Notes under the pieces: model-generated
Told to the model about the DNA's origin: nothing
Databases searched by the model: none
The model's input: the letters and a program-made list of their open reading frames with translations, nothing else
Program-made: the position numbers and the translations under genes
Assembly (NCBI GenBank): GCA_003971905.1
Contig: RSEE01000002.1
Span: forward strand, 310,001-374,000
Length of the DNA stretch: 64,000 nt
From: Moniliella sp. 'wahieum'
Taxonomy: Eukaryota
Direction of reading: 5' to 3'
In this document: positions 46,405 through 59,700 of the stretch, piece after piece
How positions within the stretch are numbered: position 1 is the stretch's first letter
Layout: every line of letters begins with the position of its first letter

Positions 46405-46919
46405 AGCCGGTCAGTGCTGGCCAGAAAAGGTCAATCCGCCCTCAAATGAATCTCTTCCTCTCGTCCCATTGTTCCAGCATATAGTTCTTCTTCTAGTCCT
46501 TGCCTATTAACGCAGGCTAGTGTCGAGCAGCGCGCATGCGTTTCCATGGAAGACTACCCGGGGTTGATGCACAAAACATGAAAACCCCCTACCCGCAGTT
46601 GACAACGAGGGCATCTCAATGAGTATTAAGCGGGGATGTGAGGCTTTGGATGCGTAGGAGAGAGCAACGACAGAAAAAAGTATACAGGTAGGACCACCTG
46701 ACGGAGATGCAAAAAAAGGAGAGAAGATACTTTTTGGATAGATATAAAAGATCAAATCGATCAAAGGACCATGGAAACGCTGGGTCATGTCCTTTCCGAT
46801 TCGGAAACCAATTAATACAAGCAATCAAACTACCACCCACGACACAACACCTGTGCATTATGGGCACAGATCTCGACGTCAGCAGCAAAGCGGAAGCAAG
46901 CAAAGATTTTGAGCACGTC

Positions 46920-48786
46920 TCAGCGCATTTGTTTCATGCTTCCTGTGCCAGGCACTCCCCGCTCTACTGGGGCCGTATGCTGTGCCTGATCGTGCAGCCA
47001 AGTAGACACATCGGCCGAGGGGGGACGGTACCGGCGGCCGTAGCCGCTTCCCTCACCATCGGGGCGGGAACGGCGTCGGGCCAAGGCCACTGTTTCTCCC
47101 TGTGACTCCACTGCACCAATCGAGCTGGGTGCGGATCGGCGCGGGGTCTCCTCGGCATGCACAGTGGACGGTACGTAGGGGTCGTACTCATCAGGGACGC
47201 AGGATGCCATGCGCCGCTTGTGGGAAGGCGAACGGACCGCTTCTCCATACAAGGGATCGGTGGCCTCATAGGGATCAGTACCGAGGTCCGCCAGGTTGGA
47301 CAATGTGGGGCTTGGGGCTAGGGCCGAGTTCGTCGTCCGTGCCTGCGCCTGTGTAGGATTCTGTTCCAGCGATGCCGGCTTGGCGGGGAAGCAAGATGGG
47401 GGCGAGATGGTGCGGACCAAAGGCCCCAACTCGTCCGAGGTCCTGGTGGCTGCATCCGTCGCCGTCGGTTGCTGGGCTGCCGAGGATCGGGGGACGGATT
47501 GGGGAAAAGGGTCCGGCTCTTCCTCGTTGCGGACCTTGCTGTACTTCCCCAACCAGCCGTAGGCGTACGACGTACCGTCTTGGTCGGTCGGCCCAGGGGG
47601 AGGGAGAGCCCCAGCCTCCAACGGTACAGTGCGACGAACTGGGCTCCTTGGTCGCGGTCCAGCCGGCCCAACCCGCGCCCGGTTCGATCCGCGGGAGCCC
47701 ATGGATCTTCTGTGCGTCTTCTTGACTGAGGTGATGGTGGCGCCAGATCGGGTCCGGACCAGGTCCCCCCCCCGAACGGTGGAAGTGGACTTCATACGCA
47801 CCGGTGTGTCTTGCCTCCGAGAAGCAAACTCCTGCATGGATATCCTTTCTCGCGGGCGGGTGAATGCGCCAGGGCGAGGGCGGGGGCCCTGGGCACGGCC
47901 TTGCCTCGGGGGGCGCTGGGGGGATGCAGGACGGTGACGGTACATTCCACCCTTTCAGGGAAACAGTACGTACCAGTGGCACATCCTCCTCCCATTCACG
48001 GCGGTGCTCTGGTTTTAGGGGAACCGAGCGGGAAGAAGGAGTGCTCAAGGTATATGGTTGGCTGTCCAGTTTTGGCGGCGGAATCGGGGGTAGGTCTGCG
48101 TACCCTCCCATGTCGGGCTGTGGTGCATATGAAGGTATGGGGCCGGGATATGGGTCAGGAACGGATCATCCTGTGGTACGGGGGAAGGTAGGCTGGCTCA
48201 GCCAATTCAGAGGGGTGGGCTTGCCTAGTAGCAAAGGCAAAGGACGTCAAGCGCTTTGGCATCTTTCTTGACGGGAGAGGGGGCGGTTTCTTGGGTAACC
48301 ATTTCCAGCTCCTCCTCCTCGCTGGGTACAGGGCCACTCCAGCGCTCGGCGGCAATGAAGGGATCGATGGCAGCGCGGTTGCTGAAGGGGTCGTCAGCCC
48401 TTTGGCCCAAGGAGCCAAACACGGCAGCGGCCGAATAAGGATATGTTGGATCTTGATCAGTGAGCATGGGTCGTTGGGTGGATCCCTGACCCCGATGACC
48501 ACATAGAACGGTGTTCTTTTCAGCCTGGGACGGAGTTGTTGTATGGTGGGAGACCCCGGGCTGCGGCGGCAGAGGTAGATGAGGCCAGCCATGAGGGCGA
48601 CCCAGCCCATGGCGCCAAGCAAAGAAAAAGCGGGGTGGTGAAGAGGATGTGGCCATCGGAGACGATGCCCTCTGGGAAGTCTCCTGGGTTGGCTGACCCG
48701 AGGTCGGTGACCACTTCGGGGCCTTCAGGGACCTGGGAAGGAACGCCTGGGGGGTTGTGTGACGAAGGACACTGTTGGAGGGGCAT
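46920..48786 (-). CDS. Hypothetical single-pass membrane protein with long Pro/Ser/Arg-rich tail; boundaries approximate
   Basis: Hydrophobic segment ILFTTPLFLCL/GAMGWVALMAGLIYLC followed by RR; long open frames 47275-48111 and 46920-47945 with disordered composition. Confidence 0.5.
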
Positions 48787-49438
48787 GGGGAGAAGGGATG
48801 GAGGTGGTGGGAAGAGGAGGAGGGTTGCGTGCGGGAGGCGCTTGCCAAGTTGGATGCGGCAGCCGTGGAGGAGGGGTATCTTCTGGTATGTGCTGGTTGG
48901 ATGGGGCTGTATGGCTGCCACTTGGCGCCGGGGGTAGACCAGACTCAACGGAAGACCCTTGGGGGCTACGTGCTACGTGCTAAGTACTAAGTGGGCATAC
49001 AGGGAGGACAGCGGACGAGGCAAGGTGGGTGGGTAGATCCTGCGTGGCGGTGAGCAGGCCATCTTGACAGGCCTGACAGCTCCAGCCAGGGAAATGATCC
49101 GTCGAGTGCGCTGTCAACTTCTATCCCCATCAACCGCCGATCGCACTGGGGCAGTGTTCGGCTGGGCTGCCCCAGCGATGGATGCTCGGGGTCAACTGGA
49201 ACAGGACGGCTGCGCGGCAAGCAGCTCTTTCCTGTTGCGCCAATGGGGGGGGGGGATGGATCCCTGTCACACACGCTGCCCATGGGATCTGGGATGTGCG
49301 CTGGTGGCGACGGAAGCCGAGTGGCTAGTAAGTAGTAACTACGGACTAGCAACCAGCACGCAGCTGTCGCGGGGCTGGCACCTGTAACTTCCTCCCGGCA
49401 GGCCCCATGCGGCGGCGCTTGGAGGGGCGCCGCTGGCA

Positions 49439-49516
49439 TGCTGACATCAGCAGCGCAGAGTGGCTGACATCAGCACAGGCGATAAGCCAGCTGAGCCCCC
49501 CGCGCTGACCTCAGCG
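49439..49516. promoter_or_regulatory. Three extended CRE/MARE-like palindromes upstream of PAN1
   Basis: TGCTGACATCAGCA (49439-49452), GGCTGACATCAGCA (49462-49475), CGCTGACCTCAGCG (49503-49516). Confidence 0.45.
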
Positions 49517-49717
49517 GTGACTGCGCCTGACACGCAGGCGGCACACTCGTGGAGTGCTGCGCGCTTACCTCAGCCGGGCGGCGGAGCACAGCGGCGCAGT
49601 GTCCGCCTGCGCCGCCCTGCGCTGCCCGCTCCGCTTGGCGGGCGCCGCCGCCCCCCCCCAGCGCCCACGCTCTCCCGGCGCTTCGACCTGCTCTCCACCG
49701 CCTTCGCCCTGCCCGCC

Positions 49718-52700
49718 ATGTACCGTCCGGGCCAGATCCCCCCCCAGATGACTGGGTATGTGCCGCCCCAGGCGACCGGCATGCCCATGTACCCGCAGCA
49801 GCCCCCGTCCCCCAGCGCTATGGCCCCCAGCTCGGCGTCCCCATGGCCTCCCGCCCCATGCTTGCGCCCCAGGCCACCGGCATGGGCATGCCCGCCATGG
49901 GCATGATGATGCCCCAGCCCACCGGCATGATGCCCCAGCCCGGCATGATGCCCCAGCCCACCGGCATGGTGCCCCAGGGCCTCATGCCCCAGGCAACCGG
50001 CATGATGCCCAGGGCCTCATGCCCCAGCCCACCGCTATGATGCCTCAGCCCACCGGCCTCATGCCCATGGCCACCGGCATGATGGGCATGCAGCCCGCCA
50101 TTGTCGACCCGCGTCTGAGGCTGATGAGCAGCCAGTTCCTCCCGGGACCCTCATGGCCGGTGCCGGCCCCGGCGGCGTGGGCGGGCTCGGGGTCGGATGG
50201 AACCCGGCAGCCCAGCAGCCCGCTGCATTCCAAAGCCAGTTTGCCCAGTATGCTCCCCTGGCCCCGGTCACCAACCTGGCCCCCTCCGAGTGCCCCCCGG
50301 CAGGCTGGGCTGCAGTGGACGTTGACGCCGGAGGAACGTGCGTCGTACGATCGCATCTTCAAGGCCTGGGATCGCAACAAGACTGGCTACCTGGACGGCG
50401 GGGTCGCCCGAAGTGTTGGGGCAGAGTGGATTGCCCGACGAGGTCATGACGCATCTGGCACTGGCTTGGCTGACCAGGACAACCGCGGCAAGCTCAACCG
50501 CAGTGAATTCCACATTGCCATGGGTCTGATCTACCGTGCCCTCAATGGCGTTCCTCCCCCCGATACACTTCCTCAAGAGCTGCGTACCCAGTCCCAGCGA
50601 GACTTGGATGATTCGGTAGACTTTATGCGTGACTTGCTCAAACGCAACAACCAAAAGTCCAACCCACAGCGAGGCACCCCAACTGCCCCGACCCGTGCGC
50701 CTGTCACCTCTTTGGCTGACAAAACGATGAACACGGTAAAGGAAGCACCCGAGGAGGACCCGCTCGCCGACCTGAACGCTATGAAAGCCGCGCTGGAGCA
50801 GTCGCGCAAGGCACTGGCTGCGTCCGAGACCGCGCCGGAGGCGAAAGAGGATGCTCAGCTCAAGCAAGAGATGGATGCGCTGCGCCACGACATTCGCCGA
50901 GTTCAGCAGGACATTGAGTACTTTACTCGTCGCGGGGGCAACTCAGACCAAGCGAAGGAGGCGCGCCGTCGGGCCGAACGAGAGCTGTTGGCCTTGACAA
51001 CCGAGCGCTTGCCTGCCCTTGAGCCCGCATGGCCCAGCGCGACGCCCCAGGTGGAGTACCGGACTCGTCTCCTGAGGCCGGGTGGAAGGGCTCGTTTGAG
51101 CGGCAACCTGAACGATCTACTTCAGCCTCGACCATCTCCCCTTCCCGGACGCCTGCGCCTTCGGCCCCGGCGCCTCCTGCAGCTGCGCCCGCGCCGCCCC
51201 CCCAGCCCCAGCCCCCGCCCCAGCGGCGTCGACAACCACCTCTGCCCGCGGTGGATGGCAGGCGCAGGCGAATCAGCCCCCTCCCAACCTGGACGCGGCA
51301 GGCCGAGCTGCATGGTTAAAGGAGCAGGCGCAAAAGAGGGTGCAAGACCGGATGCGGGCACTTGGCCTTCTAGCCCCAGTGACGGAGACTGAACCTCCTG
51401 CCGCTGCCAGCGGAGCGGAAGAGGGCCTTGCGGCGCGTATGGAGCAGGATGCCCAGGAGGATGCCCGCCGCGCGCAGGAGGCGGACGCGCGCGCCGCCGC
51501 GCGTTCGGCTCGATGGGACGAAACTCAACGCTCGCGCGAAGCCGAAAAGAAAGCGCGATGGGAACGCCTGGCCCAGATGGAGAAGGAGGAGAAGGAAGCC
51601 GCGGCGAAAATGGCCTCGCCTAAGCCCCACAAGAGCAAGCCTGCACCCGCTGCGCCTGCGCCTACGCCTGTGGCTGCGCCCACACCTGTCGCGCCCACCG
51701 TGCCGTGCCGGCTCCTGCCCCACGGGCTCAATCGGCCCTCCCGCCCCCGCAACGCAAAATGCCCGGACGCAAGGCGGCCCCACCCCCGCCTCCTAAGCGC
51801 CATGCGGCTCCCACCCAAGCTAATGCGCCCATCAGCCCGCCTCCTCCTGTTGCTCCCCAGCCCCAGCTCCAGCTCCAGCTCCAGCCCCAGCCCCCCAGCC
51901 GCGGTTTCGGCCCCAGCTCCAGCCCCAGCCCAGCGCATGCCTCGCCGCCCCCGTCGGCCTCATCTCTCGCGCCCTCGGAGGCATCGGCTGTGCCCACTGC
52001 CATGACCCTCCCGCCTGCCACGCCAGGAGGAACCAACCCTTTCTTCCGGAACCAACCCGTTTCCCCTTCTGCCGCTGCCGTTCCCACCCCCGCTCCCGCT
52101 CCCGCTCCCCCCCTGCCCCTACTTTGGACAGTCCCACGGCGAAGAAGACCAACCCTTTCTTCCGTTCCAACCTCCCACCCCCACAGCGTGCTACTCCGCC
52201 CGTGGCATCGCCTGTACCGGCCCCGTCGCCTGCTCCGGCGCCTGCGGCGATCGTTCCGCCTGCTCCGCGTGTCCCAGTGGACGACGACGACGATATGGGG
52301 CGACCACTCGGAGGAGGACGAGGAGGATGGGGATGGCGCGGGCGCTGGGCACACGTGCCGGACGAGCTAACCTGGCTCAGGCCCTGTTTGGGGGATGGTG
52401 CCCCAGCGGGATGCTACTCCCCCAGCTGCACCTGCTGCGCCTCTGCGCCTGCTGCTCCGGCTGCTCCTGCGCCCCCTGCCCCGCCTGCCCCCCCGCACCG
52501 GCCGCACCGGTTCAAGCCTCCTAGTGGCCCTGTGGACCGCAACGCACTGCTCTCCCAGATCCAGGGCGGGGCACGACTGAAACATGCGACCACCAAGGAC
52601 CGCTCGGGACCGGCGAGCACAGGCAAGGTCTTAGGTTCCGCCTCGCCCCCGCCTCAGCCCGCGGTGGTTTTGCAACGGATGCCAGAGCCCGAGCCGGAGC

Positions 52701-53375
52701 CCGAGCTGGCGCCAGCCCCTACACCTGTGCCAGCGCCAGCGCCTGCACCTGCGGCTGCCCCTGCCCCTGCCGTGGTGGAACCCATTGCGTCACCCGCCAC
52801 AACAGGGGAGAACAACCCGTACCGTCAATCGGTCGCATGGCAGTCCACCTTGGCTGCCGACTCGTTCGCTGCGCCGGGTGCGTTCCCAGAGGAGCCGGAT
52901 GTGGTTCAGAGTGGCAGTGACGATGGGTTTGTTGTCGTTCCTCCCGAGACGGATGCTGCGACGGTCAAGGCGCTGCAGAGCACATTGCAAACCAAACACC
53001 GCGCGCTGTACAGCTACGCGGCCAGCGGGAGGAGGACCTGGCCTTGACGGAAGGTGACGTGGTCACGCTCACCGCGCCCCCCGAGGGGGAAGGGGACGAA
53101 GGGTGGTCCTATGGCGTCAGGGCCGACGGCGCGGGCGGCTGGTTCCCGGCGGCGTATGTGGAGAGATTGGGGCAACGCAGGTAGCCAAGGCGCTGTATGC
53201 GTACACCCCGGCCCCCGCTGACCCAGCCGAGGCCGATGCCGAAGCGGAGCTGGAGGAAGGCATGGTCCTCTTGGCGCTGCCGAGTCAAGAAGGGGCAGAG
53301 TGGATCGATGTGCTGGACCCGAGGATGCCGGTCCGGGTCCGCCGCGCGCCTGCTGCGTTCCTTCAGCTAGAATAG
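49718..53375 (+). CDS. PAN1: Pan1/intersectin-like endocytic scaffold: QxTG repeats, EH domain, coiled coil, Pro-rich region, WH2, two SH3
   Basis: PQ[PAM]TG repeats; WTLTPEERASYDRIFKAWD..LADQDNRGKLNRSEFHIAMGLIYRALNG; NPFF twice; WH2 DRNALLSQIQGGARLKHATTKDRS; HRALYSY..EGWSYG..GWFPAAYV; AKALYAY..EWI..PAAFLQ. Confidence 0.9.
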
Positions 53376-53777
53376 TCGGGTTCGACTCGGTTGCCAGGCA
53401 CCGCTATGTCTAGTCTGTCACCTCATTCTTTCTTTGCTCTTTTTCTTCTTGGCCCGCATGGTACCCGCATTGCGAACTTAAGCCGAACGATGAACGTTTT
53501 ATCATTTCCTCTTCATGACGTTCGGAGCGTCCTCCAATTGGAACATGGCAACAGGAATACATACTAGCAGACAGGAACAGAGACCATTTTGAGACAACGA
53601 CAGGACAGGTAGGTAGGTATGAGTACGGAATGTGGGAGCGCCGAACGAGGGATATGGCGCGGGCGTGAATTGTCGTGGGGCAAGCATGCACTGATAGTCT
53701 GTCGGGGAGATAGTGGAGACGGGGGGTTGTGTACAGAGTTATATGGAGGTGGTCGATGAGCAGGGTATGGGCCCTGC

Positions 53778-56700
53778 CTAGTTGCTCGAGACGGAGTGAC
53801 CAAACGAGTTGTCCGAAGAGGCGGAGCTTGGCACACTGGCTATCGTCTCCCCTCTGGGATCCACATCAATTCCAGACTCGGAGCTGGTGGAGGCGGAGGG
53901 GGTGAGTTGCTTGTAGGAGGATTTGGCCTTGACTCGCATGCGCTGTACTTCAGCCTTGGCGGCCACCAAGGCAGCTTGCTTGCGCACCTTGTTCCGCACC
54001 TTCAGGCGCTTGCTGATTTTCCTAGGACGATGCCGAAGGATGCCTTTAATGATAGTACTGCGCTGGCTCCACGCAGCACGGACGACGGCTACAATCATGT
54101 CAGTGGCCGGACCTCAACTCAGAGCAAAGGACGAACCTCTCTTAAACGCATTCATCACGTCCTCCAGTGTGCCCGTGGTCTGTCTCAGCTCCAGGGGGGG
54201 CGTCTCAATGACCGAGTCATAGAGATTAACCAGCCGGTGGTCCCCACGGTATGACAGGCAGATGAGCGCCTTGGGAATGCGGACATACACAAACGTTCGA
54301 TTGTGTGCTGCCCGCTGGCGCATGACCGATGCAATGCGCATCGTGGCCGGGTCCAGATCACCCATACGATTGAAGTCTTGCAGCGACTTGCCGTTTCTGC
54401 GTCCCAGCTCGGGGAACGACGAGCTGGGAGAGTCAGTGCGCTCACTGCTACCAGTGTGCTGCCGGACAGATTGGCGCCTAGGGCTTGACCCATCCGGCCC
54501 TGGACTCGAATCCGTCGTCCTTCGGATCCCTGAAAACTTGAAGAATCCCGGGTGAGTAGAGTCATGGTCCGCGCGGGACTGTAACTCCGTGTCACGTTGG
54601 CTCCCAACACCAAGGAAGAAAGGAACGTGTCCCCCGTTGGGACGCTTTTCATCCAGCCGATCCGTTTTTTTGTGCCGCGCCGAGGCAAAGATGTATTCAG
54701 CAATCTCCCTCCCGATCGGCATCTCCAATTGGATATTGACCGGGTGAATATCCACTTCAAACCGATCCACAATGCTGATCCCGCCAACGGGGGCTAGCAC
54801 TTGCCAAATGGCGTCGATGAACCGTTCGTTCTTGGCCATGTGATGATCATTGGCACCCTTGTACTTGCTAAATATCATGGGGAAGATCGCATCCGGTCGT
54901 ACATCCCGTGCCTCCACGTCACGGATGGAGAGAGCATTGGCGATAGAGCTGTCGGTCTTGCTAACCCAAGTGAAACTGGAGTTTTGGATGCGGAGTTCTA
55001 CCAGATGTTCCGCTTCTTGCTCCGTCCGACGGAAGGCGAGGCGGGACTTGGCCGCGCTGCGAAGCATGGTCCAAACAATCTCCTCGGCATTGGCCTCGAG
55101 ACGCAACGCACGCTTTTTGTCCGAGTCCTGTCCCGCTTGCTGGTCTTGAGCGGTTTTGATGGCACTCATGAAGAGGGATAAATCCTCAATCAGGTCTAGT
55201 AGATGAGACATGCACTCGCTCGCATGAAACCGGCCTTCCTGGCCCAATAAGCTGTAGGTGGCAGCGTAGTCCTCGCAAACGTGGGAGGCGGCCCAAATCT
55301 TTTCCTGTAGTGAGGATACAATGCGGGTTAAGTTGTGCGAATCAGTAAAATCAAACACCAACAGCAAGGTTTTGAGCCGCTCTTGGCGCTGCTTGTAAGC
55401 GGGATCACTGTACAAGATCAAAGTGGTTGCTTTGTAAAGCGCTTCAAGCTGGTCTGCATCGGCAACAACCTTAAGCGGAGGGGCGGTTACCCGGACCAAA
55501 TCCATCTGGTGCAGCAGGTGCTCTTGATCTTTGGGGACGCGGGCCGGTGTCATATGTGTCAGTCTATCCTGGTTGGCCAGACGAAGAGAATTGAAGTGGT
55601 CGTACTGCACCATGGGCGCAAAATGAGAATAAGCTGGTGAAAGCCTTTCCAAATGACCGGCTGATTCTCCTGATCGAATGGGTCAAGGAGTGCCTCCATT
55701 GGCAGCGCATGATGCGCATCAGCCTTAGCAGCCCACAGCTTGACGCTGTCTGCCATGAAAAAAGTGCGGTTGAGAACGCGCGAATTAAGCTCATTGCCTA
55801 CCGCCAAGGGATCGTGAACGGTAAAGGCGGTCAGGTGCAAACGTACAGCCGTAAGCACGACGGGTGAAGCGTTGCCCAAATCTTCGCTGCGGAGAATGAT
55901 TTGAGGACGCAAAATGGTGCACACGGTATTTCTGCGTACCTCAAATTCGGGAGTAATGCCACGGTACGGGTTGGCGACCAAAATCGACTCAGGCAAGGAG
56001 GTGCCCTTCACATCCGTCGTGGACGCTGTAAGAGAATCAGATAGACGAATTGTGTCTTCCAAAAGTGCACGAAGCATTTCTACGCAATTCCCTGAAGGGG
56101 TGCTGGGACCGAATTTTGCCCCATATGCAAGTCCTGGATGGACTTGAGGGCAGCAGCGCGAAGAAAGTAAGCTTGAGCTCGTCGCATACGGTTGGAAACG
56201 TAGTATCGAAGGAGGATGTTCCTTGTGCTCTCCGTCCAAAACAAAACTGGGCAATGCACCACATAGCGATGGAAAAGCGATTCCAATGCCCATGCAGCTC
56301 GTTCAACTTGTGTCGTTGAGTCGTATTCTCGTCTAGCACATACGCCGGGGCGGTGCACACCTCCTCTGAGTGGGCCTTGCCTTAGCGTGCACTTCGCCCT
56401 CCAGATTTTCTTGCCATTGCTTAAGTGCTTGCTGGCGTTGAAGTTTTGCCCCCCGTACCGTCAGTTTGTACGGGAACAAGCTCAGCAAAGTCATGAATGA
56501 TACGGATGGATCGGTCGCGTTGAGTTGTTTTCGGTTCCTTGCGCAGTTCAGAAATCCGCTGGTTTAGCAAATCGTGCTGAACATCGTCTGGGCCTAGGGT
56601 CAGGTATGATTAATGATTGTCAGGAACGTTGTACATGAGGCTGATTCAGAAAGAAAACGTACTTTGACATTGACCCATGAGACACCTGTGCGTCACCTCG

Positions 56701-59700
56701 TGGCCAAATTTGCTTTCGCCGTAGGCTCCCAAATGGGCATGACGTCCCGCCTCCTCGGCAGCGGCAAAGGTGCCTTCCTTCGTGGCGCGTTCTTCGTCCG
56801 CGTGTATCTGGAGTTCAATATCTCTTCGCGTGGGGGTGCGGCGGACGTAGTTGAACGCGGGCCACTCGAGGATCTTCTCGCTACGGGCCCGAGTGGACCG
56901 CTGCTCGCGATCCCAGCCGATACGTGAGCCCAGCTCCACATAGTCCCGCATATCCCACCACCCACTTGACTCGCCATGCGACTCATCTGGACCCGCGAGC
57001 AAGAATACCTCCGCTGCCGATTCGTCCACATCAACGGTTTTCTCCCCCGGCATGGCAGCCCAATAGGCAGCCCGACTGAGGTCGAGGATCTTGGCGGCAC
57101 AAACCCGCATCTCCCCCTTACGGCAATCCACCTCGATAGCGCTGATGGGTTTGCGAAACACGGTTTGGGTCTTACCCGTTGCGTTCTTGATGAACGTTTC
57201 CTGCTGCCGCTGGTGTATATCGACATTGAACGCTCCGACGTGAGCCTTAAGGCCCAAGAACACGTTTGCACCCCGTTTGTGTCGTTCCGCATCATGTTGG
57301 AGGTAGATATGGGAGAAGGACATGGGAGCCAGGTCGATGCGGTACTTTATGGTTGCGCAGTGCTGACCAAACTTGGGTGAAGGGGAAGGAAGAGATTCGA
57401 ATAAAGGCCCGCAACGGATGGGCAAATCGAGAGCACTGTTAAATAGGGCAACCCAGGCAAAGAAATGAGACGAAACCAGAGGCGTGACGTGCAGACTGTT
57501 GCTAGTTGTCCCATCTCCCGCTGAATCAGCGTGGGAGCGAGCCGAGAGTGAGAAATGGACGTGGTGATGCCGCCATCCCGCATAGGAGTCACCCCGCTCC
57601 GCTACAGGGAGTGTGTCCAAATACTCTGGGGTACGTGGAATAACCCTCCAGTGAGGTATGGCGTTGAAGAAGCGGCAGTTTCGGTAGAAAGGGAGGGGAG
57701 ACGTACACTTGGGGACACTTACACAATCTGCCCCACTGCAAGTCCGTTCCAAAACAAACCCACATCCCCAAACAACGTTGCCTTTGAGCGACCACACAAT
57801 CTTCTGCAGCGGTAACGGAGGCAAATCGATGGGATGTGGCCCCCAAGGGGAGGTAAGGCTCCGTCAATATCGACCGAGTCCGGTCCACTAGCTGAGAAAT
57901 CCGTGAGCGAAACCAATCCACACGTGACAGGGTTAGGAAGGGCATTCAAATCGGGGATAGCCAAGTCGTAGCGTCCCGAGAATATCTGAATTACCTCGCG
58001 CTCCGGGATGTGCGGAGGAGCAAACCGGACCCGCACGCCGTCGGACCAGCTTTTAACCCAGCCGGCTCCGTGGCCGCGAAAGGTATAAGGGTCACGGCTT
58101 CCCTTCTACACGACGCAGATGAAGTTAGTTCAGACCCATCCAGGCGTGTGGACAACCAACATACCAGGAAAAGTTGCACCCCCGAGGGTTTATCCACCAG
58201 AAATTCAAAGCTTCCGTGAAGAATAAGGGGGATCTTATCCCAGTATCCGATTTTCGGGCTAGGGTCGCGTGGGGGCGAGGTGAATCCGTCAAATGCCTTA
58301 GTGACCTCGGCAATAGCAGGAGACATCGAGTGCCCCCAAGCCAACTGGAGGGGGGCAGCAGACCGAATGCGGACCAAGGGATGGCCAAATATCTTGGTTG
58401 GCATGGCGACCTTGGGGATTTGCAGGACATAATCGGTCCCACAGGCAGCGGTGCTGTCAGCATGGACGAGCCCAGCGGGGACGTGATAAATAGATCGCAC
58501 ATCACCCATCTGCTCGGCGATGCACAAGTCGGTTGCAAGATGGAAAGCGGAAGGGGAGTCTATTGGTCCACTCGGAGGCCGGGCGGGGTCGAATGGTTGA
58601 ACCATGCCAGGAAAGACGTGCACCAAGGGCAAAGGGTAGTCGCGCAAAGTGCACATCCACTCGTCCATCTCCCACTCTAGGTGCATAGGAATAAAAATGG
58701 AGAAGGTGAGTTCTTCTGGAATAGGATCGCCAAAGGAATCGATGTAGTCGCGGGCTGACTGCTTTGTGGCCGCATACGTGTAAGGTTGGGACACGCGCAC
58801 GTCGACATGCGTCATGGTCGAGCGAAAGAGAGGGGACCATAGGTGCATTTCCCGAAGATACCGCCAGGGACGTTGACATTTAGTGTCCCCCCCATCCCAG
58901 TTGGCCACACTGTGTCCCACGGGGTAGATTCCCCGCAGCTTAGCTCGCACATGCTCCTCTCTCTGTCGTACCTCAATTTGGCGTTGTTGGCGACCGAGAT
59001 CCACTCTTTCGAGTCGTACTCTTGTAGTGCATGACGCGCAGCCTCAATTGTGGCAGCGATGTTGTCCTGGAAGTTTGAGGTTCTCCTCTGATTCATCGAG
59101 CGTTCCACGCCCCGGGGTGGGTCGTTCCGAAATAGAAGAGCGGCAGGACGTTGCCTGCGCACTCTTTCGTGTCTGAACGAAGTAAATTGCGGTTGAGTGG
59201 CGGCAGGGCTTCCTGGGCGCAAGGGTGAGGTAGCCTGAGAGTGATGATGATTGGGCCCAGCAGAAGCCGAAGCAGGCTTAGTTCGAGCAGAGTCGGTCTG
59301 GTTTGTGAACGGGCGCTGGATAGAGTAAAGCGCTTGTACCTTTTGTTGAAATGCAACTTCTCGCTCAACACGGCGATGGGCCTCGTCCGCCCCGATGCGC
59401 TGGAACATGCGCAGATATGAGTCCATCATGCTGTCCTCCATTCCCACCACGAGAGTGCGCAGCCGCAAACGGATAGGCGGCAGCCGGAGTGGTTTCATCT
59501 CGCTGGGGGCAACCGCATAGTCCAACTGGCCCAATAAGGCTTCATGGACCAACTGTTTGGTCGCCTTCACTCCTACCGATGTGGCCAAGACCACGTCGTG
59601 GAAACGAAACTGGAATGGAACGCACAAACGAGCATGCTTTCCCGTCACAAGGAACGAGGGCCAATGCTTTACTTCCTCCACCATACGTGTGTTGCCATTA

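Noticed and set aside
44340..46900. LTRs, PBS or pol around the Gag-like ORF
   Set aside because: No direct repeat pair, tRNA primer site, or protease/RT/integrase motif could be found by eye, so it is not called a complete mobile element.
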